Of a DNA stretch of 64,000 nucleotides, positions 8,923-17,497 are shown piece by piece. The translations under genes were made by a program, and so were the position numbers. The notes below the pieces were generated by a model, which did no database searches, was not told where the DNA came from, and saw only the letters and a program-made list of their open reading frames with translations. The stretch comes from an uncultured Cryomorphaceae bacterium (GTDB taxonomy: Bacteria > Bacteroidota > Bacteroidia > Flavobacteriales_D > SKUL01). The stretch spans positions 284-64,283 of the forward strand of contig CAZARI010000010.1 in the NCBI GenBank assembly GCA_964487545.1, written 5' to 3'. The number at the start of each line of letters is the position of its first letter. Positions within the stretch are counted from its first letter, which is position 1.

Positions 8923-10050
8923 ATGTCCTTTCTCCGAATTTTACTGCTCGCTGTTTTCGCTGTTCCGGTGTTTGCACAGGAACCTTGCATTGACCCGGAT
9001 CTGATTAACGATGATGCCATTTGTTTGGGGGTTTTCGATCCGGTTTGCGGGTGTGATAATGTAACGTACCAAAACGATTGTTACGCGGTAAATTATGGAG
9101 GAGTAACTTCGTGGACACCCGGAGAATGCAGTGCCAATACGTGTTTCGATCTCGGCGACATCGATTTTGGATTGTGCGATATGGCACTGGGTGTTGCCTT
9201 GTTATATGGTCAATGCATGTTCATTTCGGGCTGCGGATACACGGTAGATAGCGTTGATTATTCACCGTATTTTTTTGATTCTATGGAAAATTGCGCGGCT
9301 TGCCAAAACAACAACGACTGTTTTGTGGCCGATCAAGTCGATCTTACTCACGACTGCGGTGATATAATCATGCCGGTATGCGGTTGTGATGGCGCGACTT
9401 ATGAGAACCCCTGTAGCGCGTACAACCACGGTGGAGTTACTTCTTGGATTAACGGAGTCTGTGTTGAAATCGATGAATGTACAGATGTTGCTTCGGTTGA
9501 TTTCGGTGCTTGTGCCATGGCTTTGGGAGTAGTCATTTTCGATGGAGTTTGCACTTTTATTTCTGGTTGTGACTATGTGGTCGATGGCATCGATTATTCT
9601 CCAGCTTTTCACGAATCTCTGCTCGATTGTGCCGCTTGTCACGGAGAAAACTGTTTCGAACCCGAAATAATCAATCAAGATTTCGGCTGTTATCTGGACT
9701 ATGATCCGGTTTGTGGATGCGATAATGTGACTTATACCAACGAATGTGTTGCGTATTACTTTCACGGCATCACCAATTGGACCCAAGGAGAGTGCGAACC
9801 GACATCGGTCGAAGCGTATGCTGACGCTATTCAAATGGTATTCACCGGTCGCGAACTGCGCCTGAAGAACGCTACACCGGTTACTCAAATTTCGCTGTAT
9901 ACCCTCACCGGAAAAATGATCATTCAAAACGGACCTGTTGCTCCGGGAGAAACCGCCATAGATGTTTCGGGATTGAATACCGGAATTTATCTCTACCATA
10001 TCCAAACCAACGACGGCAAGGTGGTTTCTGGAAAACTGTTGTTGTATTAG
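8923..10050 (+). CDS. Secreted triple Kazal-type protease-inhibitor-like protein with two interleaved 6-Cys modules and type-A T9SS C-terminal domain
   Basis: The track ORF starts at TTG 8884. ATG 8923 gives a clean signal peptide, MSFLRILLLAVFAVPVFAQ. Three Kazal-like units (PVCGCDNVTYQNDCYAVNYGG..GEC; PVCGCDGATYENPCSAYNHGG..GVC; PVCGCDNVTYTNECVAYYFHG..GEC). C-terminal ISLYTLTGKMI..GIYLYHIQT..GKLLLY is CTD-like. Confidence 0.8.
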   Translation: MSFLRILLLAVFAVPVFAQEPCIDPDLINDDAICLGVFDPVCGCDNVTYQNDCYAVNYGGVTSWTPGECSANTCFDLGDIDFGLCDMALGVALLYGQCMFISGCGYTVDSVDYSPYFFDSMENCAACQNNNDCFVADQVDLTHDCGDIIMPVCGCDGATYENPCSAYNHGGVTSWINGVCVEIDECTDVASVDFGACAMALGVVIFDGVCTFISGCDYVVDGIDYSPAFHESLLDCAACHGENCFEPEIINQDFGCYLDYDPVCGCDNVTYTNECVAYYFHGITNWTQGECEPTSVEAYADAIQMVFTGRELRLKNATPVTQISLYTLTGKMIIQNGPVAPGETAIDVSGLNTGIYLYHIQTNDGKVVSGKLLLY

Positions 10051-10745
10051 TTTCGGTTGAGCAATATTTCGCGCAACTCCGTCATTCCTTGGCCGGCCCC
10101 TTTGGCAATGGCAACAACAGGCGGCTTGCGGTGGGGTAAATCTGGCATGTTGGGATCGATGCAGAATAACAAGGCTTTATCAGGGCAGAAATGAACCAAC
10201 GACGCTGCCGGATAAACAGACATTGAGGTACCGACAATAACCAGAATATCAGCGGTTGATACAATGTCTATGGCTGGTTCAATCATGGGTACGGGTTCAC
10301 CAAACCACACCACATGCGGCCGCAGTTGACCTCCTTCGGAACATAAATCACCGATATTCAGTTCCCAACTATTGAGTTGTTTCAAGTTGTTTTCGTTTAC
10401 AGTGCTCCGGGCTTTCATCAACTCGCCGTGCAAATGTAAAACGTTGCTTGAACCGGCTCGTTCGTGCAAGTCATCCACATTTTGGGTGATGACCGAAACA
10501 TCAAAGTCCATTTCCAGTGCGGCAATAATCTGGTGACCTGTATTGGGTTTGGCTTCCATCACTTGTTTTCGACGCTGATTGTAGAATTCGAGCACCACTC
10601 CCGGTTGTTTGAGCCAGCCCTCCATGGTGGCCACCTCCATTATGGAATATCCCTCCCACAGCCCATCGCTGCCGCGAAACACCGATATACCGCTTTCCGC
10701 ACTCATTCCGGCACCGCTTAAAATCACCAACTTTTCTTTCTTCAT
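10047..10745 (-). CDS. cobB: NAD-dependent protein deacylase, Sir2 family
   Basis: 232 aa. GAGMSAESGISVFRG NAD-binding motif, QNVDDLHERAGS, catalytic HLHGEL. The length is typical of a bacterial sirtuin. Confidence 0.85.
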   Translation of the reverse strand: MKKEKLVILSGAGMSAESGISVFRGSDGLWEGYSIMEVATMEGWLKQPGVVLEFYNQRRKQVMEAKPNTGHQIIAALEMDFDVSVITQNVDDLHERAGSSNVLHLHGELMKARSTVNENNLKQLNSWELNIGDLCSEGGQLRPHVVWFGEPVPMIEPAIDIVSTADILVIVGTSMSVYPAASLVHFCPDKALLFCIDPNMPDLPHRKPPVVAIAKGAGQGMTELREILLNRN

Positions 10746-10786
10746 TGTATGGAGCTGAATATTAAATTTACATCCAAACCCAAACT

Positions 10787-11767
10787 ATGAAATATTTGCA
10801 TCTTTTGACTTTCGTTGTCGGATTATTTCTCACTCCTTTTTCATCCTTTGCTCAAATGGGCAACTGTGATTCACTTCAAATAATTGATATTCAGCTAAAC
10901 CCATTCGATCCGGACTACATTATGGTTCGTTCGTCATACAATGACTTTGACCATTTTATCAGTTTGCCCACCTTTTCGTTGGTGGATGAAGATGAATTTA
11001 TTCTCGCAATGGAAGCGCTAAATTTCTTTGGTATGTCGCTTGAACAAATCCATTCGCTCGAAATAATCGATATAGATCTCAATGAGGGTGTGGCCATTCC
11101 GGCAGTACTCGAATTGTGGAGTATGAATTATGACAACCTTGAATGTACCATCACCGATGAATTTCTGCTTTGGCCCGTTCACGAATGTGTGCCGCTTACC
11201 CTCACCATTACCCGGCTAGGAGCAGACATTGCAACTGGCAATCTCAACTGGAAAATAAGCGATTTATCTGGTATTGCCCAGTTTACCGATTCTCTCTTGC
11301 TGGATTCTGCAGCCCAATCCACTTCTTTTCAAATTTGCCTACCCAAAGGCTGCGGTTACGAACTGGAAATCGGGATTTCTGACTTCGACGGTCTGGCTGT
11401 TTCTTATATTTTGCACTACAGCAACTCGCTTGCAATCGGAGCCTCAGATGCTTTCGAAACGGATGGAAATCACATTCACCCGTTTAATTTGTACAGTTGT
11501 ATTTCCACTTCAATTGAAGCGCATCAAACAATGGATTTTCAGATCTATCCCAATCCTGCTGAAGACCTACTTCAAGTGCATTTGCCAGCATTTCGGCATG
11601 CGCAATTTCACCTGACCGATTTGCACGGAAGGTTGGTAAAAACCTTTGGAGCCACAGCGTCTCCTTTTCAACTGGACTTGTCAGATTTGCCAGTTGGAAT
11701 GTATCTTTTAACAGTAATACCCGAAGGTGGACAACGATTTCATAAGCGGGTAGTAGTGGCGCGCTAA
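10787..11767 (+). CDS. Hypothetical secreted protein with type-A T9SS C-terminal domain
   Basis: 326 aa with a signal peptide (..PFSSFAQ). I recognise no domain in the body. The C-terminus FQIYPNPAEDLLQVHL..GMYLLTVIPEGG..KRVVVAR is CTD-like. Confidence 0.6.
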   Translation: MKYLHLLTFVVGLFLTPFSSFAQMGNCDSLQIIDIQLNPFDPDYIMVRSSYNDFDHFISLPTFSLVDEDEFILAMEALNFFGMSLEQIHSLEIIDIDLNEGVAIPAVLELWSMNYDNLECTITDEFLLWPVHECVPLTLTITRLGADIATGNLNWKISDLSGIAQFTDSLLLDSAAQSTSFQICLPKGCGYELEIGISDFDGLAVSYILHYSNSLAIGASDAFETDGNHIHPFNLYSCISTSIEAHQTMDFQIYPNPAEDLLQVHLPAFRHAQFHLTDLHGRLVKTFGATASPFQLDLSDLPVGMYLLTVIPEGGQRFHKRVVVAR

Positions 11768-12360
11768 CTTTTATTGCGGTCCTTCCAGATGTTGTAGGTT
11801 TTGTCTTGCTCTGGTCGATCGGGCTCCGCTTCGCGAAGGGGTTCGCATTCGCGCAAATGAGCAAAACATTCACTTGGCAATTGTTGATACAACCGGGTGC
11901 CTTCGGTTTTCCAGGCAATCATTTCGTCAGAAACCGGTTTTACAATTTTCGCCGGATTGCCCACCAGTAGACTACGCCGAGGGATTTGCATTTTGGCCGG
12001 AATCATTGCCAACGCTCCCACAATGCATTCCTCTTCGATAATTACATCGTCCATAATTACGGCGTTCATGCCAATCAGACAATTTTCGCCAATCTGTGCA
12101 CCGTGAATGATGGCGCCATGACCGATATGCGCACCTGCTTTGAGCACCACTTCGGTTCCCGGAAACATGTGAATGGTGCAGTTTTCCTGAACATTACAGC
12201 CGTCAGCTATGGTGATCTTACCCCAATCGCCACGAATGGCAGCGCCAGGGCCCACATACACGTTTTCTCCAATAAAAACATTTCCAGTGACAGCAGCCAG
12301 CGGATGAATAAAAGCACTTGCCGCAATAACCGGCCTAAAACCATTGAATTCGTAGATCAT
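11764..12360 (-). CDS. Hexapeptide-repeat (gamma-carbonic-anhydrase-like) protein of the PaaY/CaiE type
   Basis: 198 aa. Left-handed beta-helix repeats (GENVYVGPGAAIRGD, IGHGAIIHGAQIGENCLIGMNAVIMDDVII). Overall collinear with PaaY as I remember it, including the C-terminal LREAEP segment. Confidence 0.75.
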   Translation of the reverse strand: MIYEFNGFRPVIAASAFIHPLAAVTGNVFIGENVYVGPGAAIRGDWGKITIADGCNVQENCTIHMFPGTEVVLKAGAHIGHGAIIHGAQIGENCLIGMNAVIMDDVIIEEECIVGALAMIPAKMQIPRRSLLVGNPAKIVKPVSDEMIAWKTEGTRLYQQLPSECFAHLRECEPLREAEPDRPEQDKTYNIWKDRNKS

Positions 12361-12381
12361 GCCCTTTCGTTTTTATCGTAT

Positions 12382-12389
12382 CAAAGGTA
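12382..12389 (-). promoter_or_regulatory. Candidate Bacteroidota -7 box (TACCTTTG) for the PaaY-like gene
   Basis: Plus-strand CAAAGGTA is TAnnTTTG on the minus strand, 22 nt upstream of ATG 12360. The motif is short, so a chance match is possible. Confidence 0.35.
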
Positions 12390-12539
12390 AGTACTTCCGC
12401 AGGTAACAGCGCCCATTTTCAATTTCTGAAAATTCGTTTCTTTAGACCTGAATAGACAACATGCATTATACATCCTTTGTTTCGAAAGAAATTCAAATGA
12501 GAGACGGGGAGTGGGTGTGTTGAAAATCAATCCGAAAAC

Positions 12540-14063
12540 ATGATTAAAAAATACATTCTATGCAGCCTTTTGTTAGGTGCATTTTACATCAGTGGCAGCA
12601 ACGTTTGTGCAGCTCAGCAGGATAAAATGGAAAATGAAAAGAAAACGACTTTTGTCTTTCCCGAGCCGGCAGAAACGAAACATCAAATTACACTCGAAGG
12701 AAAAACAATCAACTATACGGCTACAACAGGACATTTATTGATATACGACGAAAAGGGTCAGGAAAAAGCCAATATTTTTTACGTGGCCTATATCAAAGAC
12801 AAGGTTGCTGAACCCGCTACGCGTCCGGTTACCTTTTCGTTCAATGGTGGTCCCGGCTCCAGTTCCGTGTGGCTGCACATGGGCGCACTCGGTCCAAAAA
12901 GGGTATTGATGACCGATGAAGGATTAAGTACGCCACCTCCCTTTAAAGTTGTGAGCAACGAGTACTCTTGGCTCAGTGAAACGGATTTGGTTTTTATCGA
13001 CCCGGTAGAAACCGGTTACAGCCGTCCTGCCGAAGATGTTGAGAAAAAAGAATTTACTGGCTACGAAGAAGATCTGAAAAGCGTAGGCGATTTTATTCAC
13101 CGCTACCTGACCCGGAATGCGCGCTGGAACTCGCCGAAATATTTGGTTGGTGAAAGCTACGGAACCACCAGAGCGGCCGGCCTGTCGGGGTATTTGCAGG
13201 ACCGTCATGGAATTTATCTCAACGGTATCATCATGATTTCTGCAGTGATGAATTTCCAAACACTGGTTTTTTCACCTGGCAATGATCTGCCTTATGCGAT
13301 GATTTTGCCATCCTTTGCGGCAACGGCATATCACCACAATAAAATTGACCAATCGCGCTTTCCGGATTTTGATCGTTTTCTGTCAGAAGTAGAAACTTTT
13401 TCGCTGAATGAATTTACCGTGGCGCTGATGCAAGGTGATGCCTTGCCGGATGCAGAAAAGCAAACAATTGCTACCCAGTTAAGTGCCTACACCGGACTGA
13501 ACGAGGACTTCATTCTTTCGCATCATCTTCGCGTTGATACGCGCAGTTTCACCAAGGAATTGCTGCGCGGTGAAGGGAAAACCATTGGCCGATTTGACGG
13601 TTTGGTAACTGGCGTTGATTTTAAAACAGCTGGAGATGGCTACGACTATGACCCGAGTTATTTCAGATCGGTATATGGCGGATATACGATGGCACTTAAC
13701 GATCACTTGAAGCGGGAATTACAATACAATAATCCCGATATGGTTTATGAAATTCTCACCGGCAATGTCCACCCGTGGAACTATGGTCCAGCGCGCAACC
13801 GATTCCTCAACAATTCAAACACTTTGCGCAATGCCATTCACAAAAACCCGCACCTGCGTGTGTTGATATGCAACGGCTATACCGACCTGGCCACGCCCTA
13901 TTTCGCATCCGAATACACGGTAAATCACATGTTCCTAAATCCAGAATTACGCGATAATATCACCATGACCTACTATCATGGCGGTCACATGATGTACACC
14001 CTGGAAAGTGAATTGAAAAAACTGACCGACGATGTGAGGCATTTCTACCGGTTGGCGGAGTAA
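12540..14063 (+). CDS. Peptidase S10 (serine carboxypeptidase) family protein, secreted
   Basis: 507 aa with a signal peptide. FNGGPGSSSVWLHMG and the nucleophile motif VGESYGT, both characteristic of S10. Confidence 0.8.
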   Translation: MIKKYILCSLLLGAFYISGSNVCAAQQDKMENEKKTTFVFPEPAETKHQITLEGKTINYTATTGHLLIYDEKGQEKANIFYVAYIKDKVAEPATRPVTFSFNGGPGSSSVWLHMGALGPKRVLMTDEGLSTPPPFKVVSNEYSWLSETDLVFIDPVETGYSRPAEDVEKKEFTGYEEDLKSVGDFIHRYLTRNARWNSPKYLVGESYGTTRAAGLSGYLQDRHGIYLNGIIMISAVMNFQTLVFSPGNDLPYAMILPSFAATAYHHNKIDQSRFPDFDRFLSEVETFSLNEFTVALMQGDALPDAEKQTIATQLSAYTGLNEDFILSHHLRVDTRSFTKELLRGEGKTIGRFDGLVTGVDFKTAGDGYDYDPSYFRSVYGGYTMALNDHLKRELQYNNPDMVYEILTGNVHPWNYGPARNRFLNNSNTLRNAIHKNPHLRVLICNGYTDLATPYFASEYTVNHMFLNPELRDNITMTYYHGGHMMYTLESELKKLTDDVRHFYRLAE

Positions 14064-14067
14064 TCTG

Positions 14068-16545
14068 TTATCTGAAAACGGTGACCGTTCCGCTGGTGCG
14101 ACCGTTGATTCCGTTGGTTTGCTTGTATTCGAAGCTGTAGATGTATACCCCGTCGGATACGTAGTAGCCAGACCCGTTGTCGGCATCCCAAAAAGGATCG
14201 CCTTTTCGGCCTGAATAAATCTTGACACCGTATCGGTTGTAGATATTCATTTCGTAATCTACCACACACCGGGCTACGAATTCAAACCGGTCATTGATGC
14301 CGTCGCCGTTTGGCGTGAAAGTGTTCGGAATAAAAATGACCGCTTCTTCACAACCATTCACTGTATAGTTCAGTGCAAAGGAGCTGCTACAGCCCACAGT
14401 GTCAGTCGCAATCAGCTCTACTGCGTACGTGCCAGGCTGATGAAAAACCGTATTGAGACCAAATTCAGATCCGGCAGCAGATCCGTTTATTGACCATTCA
14501 TAATCCGATGCGTCAACCGAAGTGTTTAGAAAATTTACTTCGAGTGGCGCGGTACCGGTGTCGGGAGTGGCAATGAAAGAGGCGAGCGGATTGCCTTCGG
14601 TAATTTCGAAAAACGCCGTGTCTGATCCGCAGTTGTTACTCACATGGGCGTAGTATTGTCCGGGGGAGGTAAAAGTCTGCGTATTTCCAGTTCCCGCAGG
14701 ATGCCATGAAATCGGCAAGTTGCTCAGTGCCACTATTTCAACAGGCTCGCCGTGACAAATGGTGGCTGTTTCGCTCAATACAGTAACCAGCGGAATTGTA
14801 TTTTGAGTAATGATGACTTCTGCTTCACTACTTCCGCATTCGTTGGTAGCAATGATGCCGTAAATTCCCGGAGAATTCACTTCAATAGAAGCGGCCAAAT
14901 CACCGGAATACCATACAAAATCAGTGTTGGTAACAGCATTTAGTGTTACCGTTTCTCCAGCACAGATTGCACTGTTTCCGATAATGTCGATTGATGCTTC
15001 GGGCAAACTTCCGCCATCAGCTACCAGTACACTCGCTGAATCAGTATGGCACGCGTTGCTGAGCCATACTGTGTAAGTGCCGGTTTCATTCACCTCAATG
15101 CTCGCACTGGTTTCTCCTGTGCTCCACAAAAACGTTCCGTCACCGGTGGCTTCGAGTAGGGCGGTGGCATTTCCACAAAGCAAAATTTCGGCTGAAGAAA
15201 GCAGCGTGATTGCGGGCGACTCCAATTGAGAAACGGTAATCGTTTCTTCAAACACTCCGCAGTCGTTGGTGAGCTGAACGGTGTATTCGCCGGGTGTCGC
15301 TACCTCAATGGCCGATTCGGTAGATCCGGTGGACCAAAGAAAAGCTCCGGTACCAGTAGCCGTAAGTGTTGCGGATTCTCCATCACAAATTAAAACAGTT
15401 GTTGAAGGTGATACATTCAGTGCGGCCGCATCAGATAACGCCACATCTACAGAAACGTCGATAGGTCCGCAGTTTCCGGTGACAGTAGCGGTATATGACC
15501 CGGGAGCTGAAACCGTAATTTGGGCTGAAGTTTCACCCGTATTCCACTCCACATCGCCGTTGCCTGAAACCGTCAGCTCGAGCGTTTCGCCGGGGCAAAT
15601 GGTCAGCACACCGCCGGGTGTTATTTCAGGCAGTTCACTTTCGGCAATGGTAAGGGTTACCTCATCAGTAACAACACCGTTGCAGTTTATGGCATTGAGT
15701 GTAATCGTGACGGTGGTTTCATCTACGCCGGGAGTGTAAATCGCATTGAGTTGGTTTGAATTATCGAAACTACCGGTGCCGCCAGTCCAATACCACTCGG
15801 TAAAGTTTCCGGTGAGTTGACCCGCGAGGGTGATGGCTTCACCCGGACAAAATTCGAGGTCAGCGCCGGCCTCAACCACTTGTACTGGAACCGGAGCATT
15901 GCAGCCGTTGTTGTAATATATCGGTGCCCCGCCGCCAGATGGAAAATCGACCGTAGCGCCGTCTGCAGCGACATTCGCTCCGGTAGGAGAAACCAATAAA
16001 GCGCGGTTGTATGACACGCTGCTGGTGCATCCACCGCCAAAACTAATAATGGTGGTGCGAAAGCCCGAACCATAATTAGCAAAGTGACCGTTGTAGTTTC
16101 CCGGGCACTGGTAGATAACGTAGAGCGTGTCGCTCAGGGCAGAAAAAGAATTCGATTCAATGCACATATCAGTTGAAGTGATGACCAATACCTGTGAATG
16201 GGCTGGAAGTACCCCATTTTCAGGTTCGAGCAACCAACCACATGCTTCGATTGTTTCGTTGAGTTGTGCCGTGTTTAATGCTGTTTGCTCATTCTGACAA
16301 ATTCCCTGAAATGAATTGTTGGGCCAATTTATTGTCAGGTTGTCAATGTTTTTTTGCGCGTTGCCAATGCGAAACCGCATCATTTCGTTTTTGCCTTCAC
16401 AACTACACGCAGGCCCTGAACTTCCTCCGCATGAAGAGCTTAGTGTGCAGGCGTCAACCAATATACTTTCGATATGAACACAGTTTTGTCCTTGAGCAGT
16501 AATCACACCTGCCAAAAAGACCAGTAGAAGAATGAATTGTCTCAT
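14068..16545 (-). CDS. Large adhesin-like protein: Cys-rich N-terminal domain, about six Ig-like repeats, PKD domain, type-B T9SS (gliding-motility/CHU_C) C-terminal domain
   Basis: 825 aa with a signal peptide. Repeats of the form ICPGE..L.A.G...F.W.TGET...I.V...G.Y.V.....CG. PKD-like APLEVNFLNTS..PGTYAVELIATD. C-terminus TFTPNGDGINDRF..GTVTVFR. Confidence 0.8.
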   Translation of the reverse strand: MRQFILLLVFLAGVITAQGQNCVHIESILVDACTLSSSCGGSSGPACSCEGKNEMMRFRIGNAQKNIDNLTINWPNNSFQGICQNEQTALNTAQLNETIEACGWLLEPENGVLPAHSQVLVITSTDMCIESNSFSALSDTLYVIYQCPGNYNGHFANYGSGFRTTIISFGGGCTSSVSYNRALLVSPTGANVAADGATVDFPSGGGAPIYYNNGCNAPVPVQVVEAGADLEFCPGEAITLAGQLTGNFTEWYWTGGTGSFDNSNQLNAIYTPGVDETTVTITLNAINCNGVVTDEVTLTIAESELPEITPGGVLTICPGETLELTVSGNGDVEWNTGETSAQITVSAPGSYTATVTGNCGPIDVSVDVALSDAAALNVSPSTTVLICDGESATLTATGTGAFLWSTGSTESAIEVATPGEYTVQLTNDCGVFEETITVSQLESPAITLLSSAEILLCGNATALLEATGDGTFLWSTGETSASIEVNETGTYTVWLSNACHTDSASVLVADGGSLPEASIDIIGNSAICAGETVTLNAVTNTDFVWYSGDLAASIEVNSPGIYGIIATNECGSSEAEVIITQNTIPLVTVLSETATICHGEPVEIVALSNLPISWHPAGTGNTQTFTSPGQYYAHVSNNCGSDTAFFEITEGNPLASFIATPDTGTAPLEVNFLNTSVDASDYEWSINGSAAGSEFGLNTVFHQPGTYAVELIATDTVGCSSSFALNYTVNGCEEAVIFIPNTFTPNGDGINDRFEFVARCVVDYEMNIYNRYGVKIYSGRKGDPFWDADNGSGYYVSDGVYIYSFEYKQTNGINGRTSGTVTVFR
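14596..15864 (-). repeat. About six tandem ~70-80-aa Ig-like coding repeats inside the 825-aa gene
   Basis: Repeat cores: FCPGEAITLAG, ICPGETLELTV, ICDGESATLTA, LCGNATALLEA, ICAGETVTLNA, ICHGEPVEIVA. Boundaries estimated from amino-acid counts. Confidence 0.6.
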
Positions 16546-16738
16546 GTTTTCCTTGCTGCGGCAAAGGTCAGCAAATTGCCGAAATAAGTGGGCTTGTCAA
16601 TATGATATATTCGTTAAATCGCCGCTTACGTAAGATGAATACACTGATTGCGTCTTCGACCATTTCAGGCAACTTCACACATCCTCAGTCATTAGCAATA
16701 ATTGGGACAGAAAAGGGGTAAATGCCTGTATCATGTTG

Positions 16739-16746
16739 TAACTTTG
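16739..16746 (+). promoter_or_regulatory. Candidate -7 box (TAACTTTG) for msrA
   Basis: Exact TAnnTTTG, 11 nt upstream of ATG 16758 and inside the longer track ORF (start 16722). This favours the 16758 start and a very short leader. Confidence 0.35.
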
Positions 16747-16757
16747 AAGGACAAATC

Positions 16758-17423
16758 ATGAGAATAACATTTTTATTAGGAAGTCTGGTTTTGATAGCCA
16801 GTTGCAGCCCCACTTCAGGAAGTGCTGTTAAAACAGAAGGGAAAATGACAGAAGCAAATGAAATTGAACCGGGCAAGGAAACAGCCGTTTTTGGAGCGGG
16901 ATGCTTTTGGTGTGTTGAAGCTATTTTTGAAGAGCTGCGCGGAGTAGAATCAGTTATTGCCGGATATACCGGCGGGCATATCAAAAATCCGTCGTACCGC
17001 GAAGTGTGCACCGGCCGAACCGGTCATGCCGAAGTGGCCAAGATCATTTACGATCCCGAGGTGATTACTTTTACCGCATTGCTCGAAGTATTTTGGCGAA
17101 CACATGATCCCACCACCCTCAACCGGCAGGGAGCCGATGTGGGCACGCAATACCGCTCTTCTGTATTTTATGTCGATGACCAGCAAAAAGCATTGGCCGA
17201 AAAGTACAAGTCCAAACTGGATGCTTCGGGTGCATTCGACAATCCGATTGTTACAGAAATTTCGCCTTTGGGTCCGTTTTTCGTAGCCGAGGATGATCAC
17301 CAGGACTATTACCGCAATAATCCCGAACAAGTATACTGTAGAGCGGTAATACAGCCAAAGCTCGATAAGTTCAGAAAAGCCTTTTCTGATAAACTTAAAG
17401 GTAGCTATTCTGAACAGGAATAA
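16758..17423 (+). CDS. msrA: Peptide-methionine (S)-S-oxide reductase MsrA, predicted lipoprotein or exported form
   Basis: Active-site GAGCFWCVEAIF. From ATG 16758 the N-terminus MRITFLLGSLVLIASCSP looks like a lipobox signal peptide. The track ORF begins 36 nt earlier. Confidence 0.9.
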   Translation: MRITFLLGSLVLIASCSPTSGSAVKTEGKMTEANEIEPGKETAVFGAGCFWCVEAIFEELRGVESVIAGYTGGHIKNPSYREVCTGRTGHAEVAKIIYDPEVITFTALLEVFWRTHDPTTLNRQGADVGTQYRSSVFYVDDQQKALAEKYKSKLDASGAFDNPIVTEISPLGPFFVAEDDHQDYYRNNPEQVYCRAVIQPKLDKFRKAFSDKLKGSYSEQE

Positions 17424-17497
17424 ACAGTTGACGTGGAGGTAACACTTTGATTGATCTTGATACTTATTGGGTGTAAATTTGCATTAATCTGGGGTTG

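Noticed and set aside
9262-10005. 247-aa minus-strand ORF inside the Kazal-protein gene. Similar long antisense ORFs occur at 15281-15739, 15723-16082, 20097-20660, 33692-34168, 36373-36852, 47593-48105, 52406-52942 and 53507-54067.
   Set aside because: Each lies fully within, and antisense to, a gene with strong family motifs. Their translations are low-complexity or motif-free. These are typical shadow ORFs.
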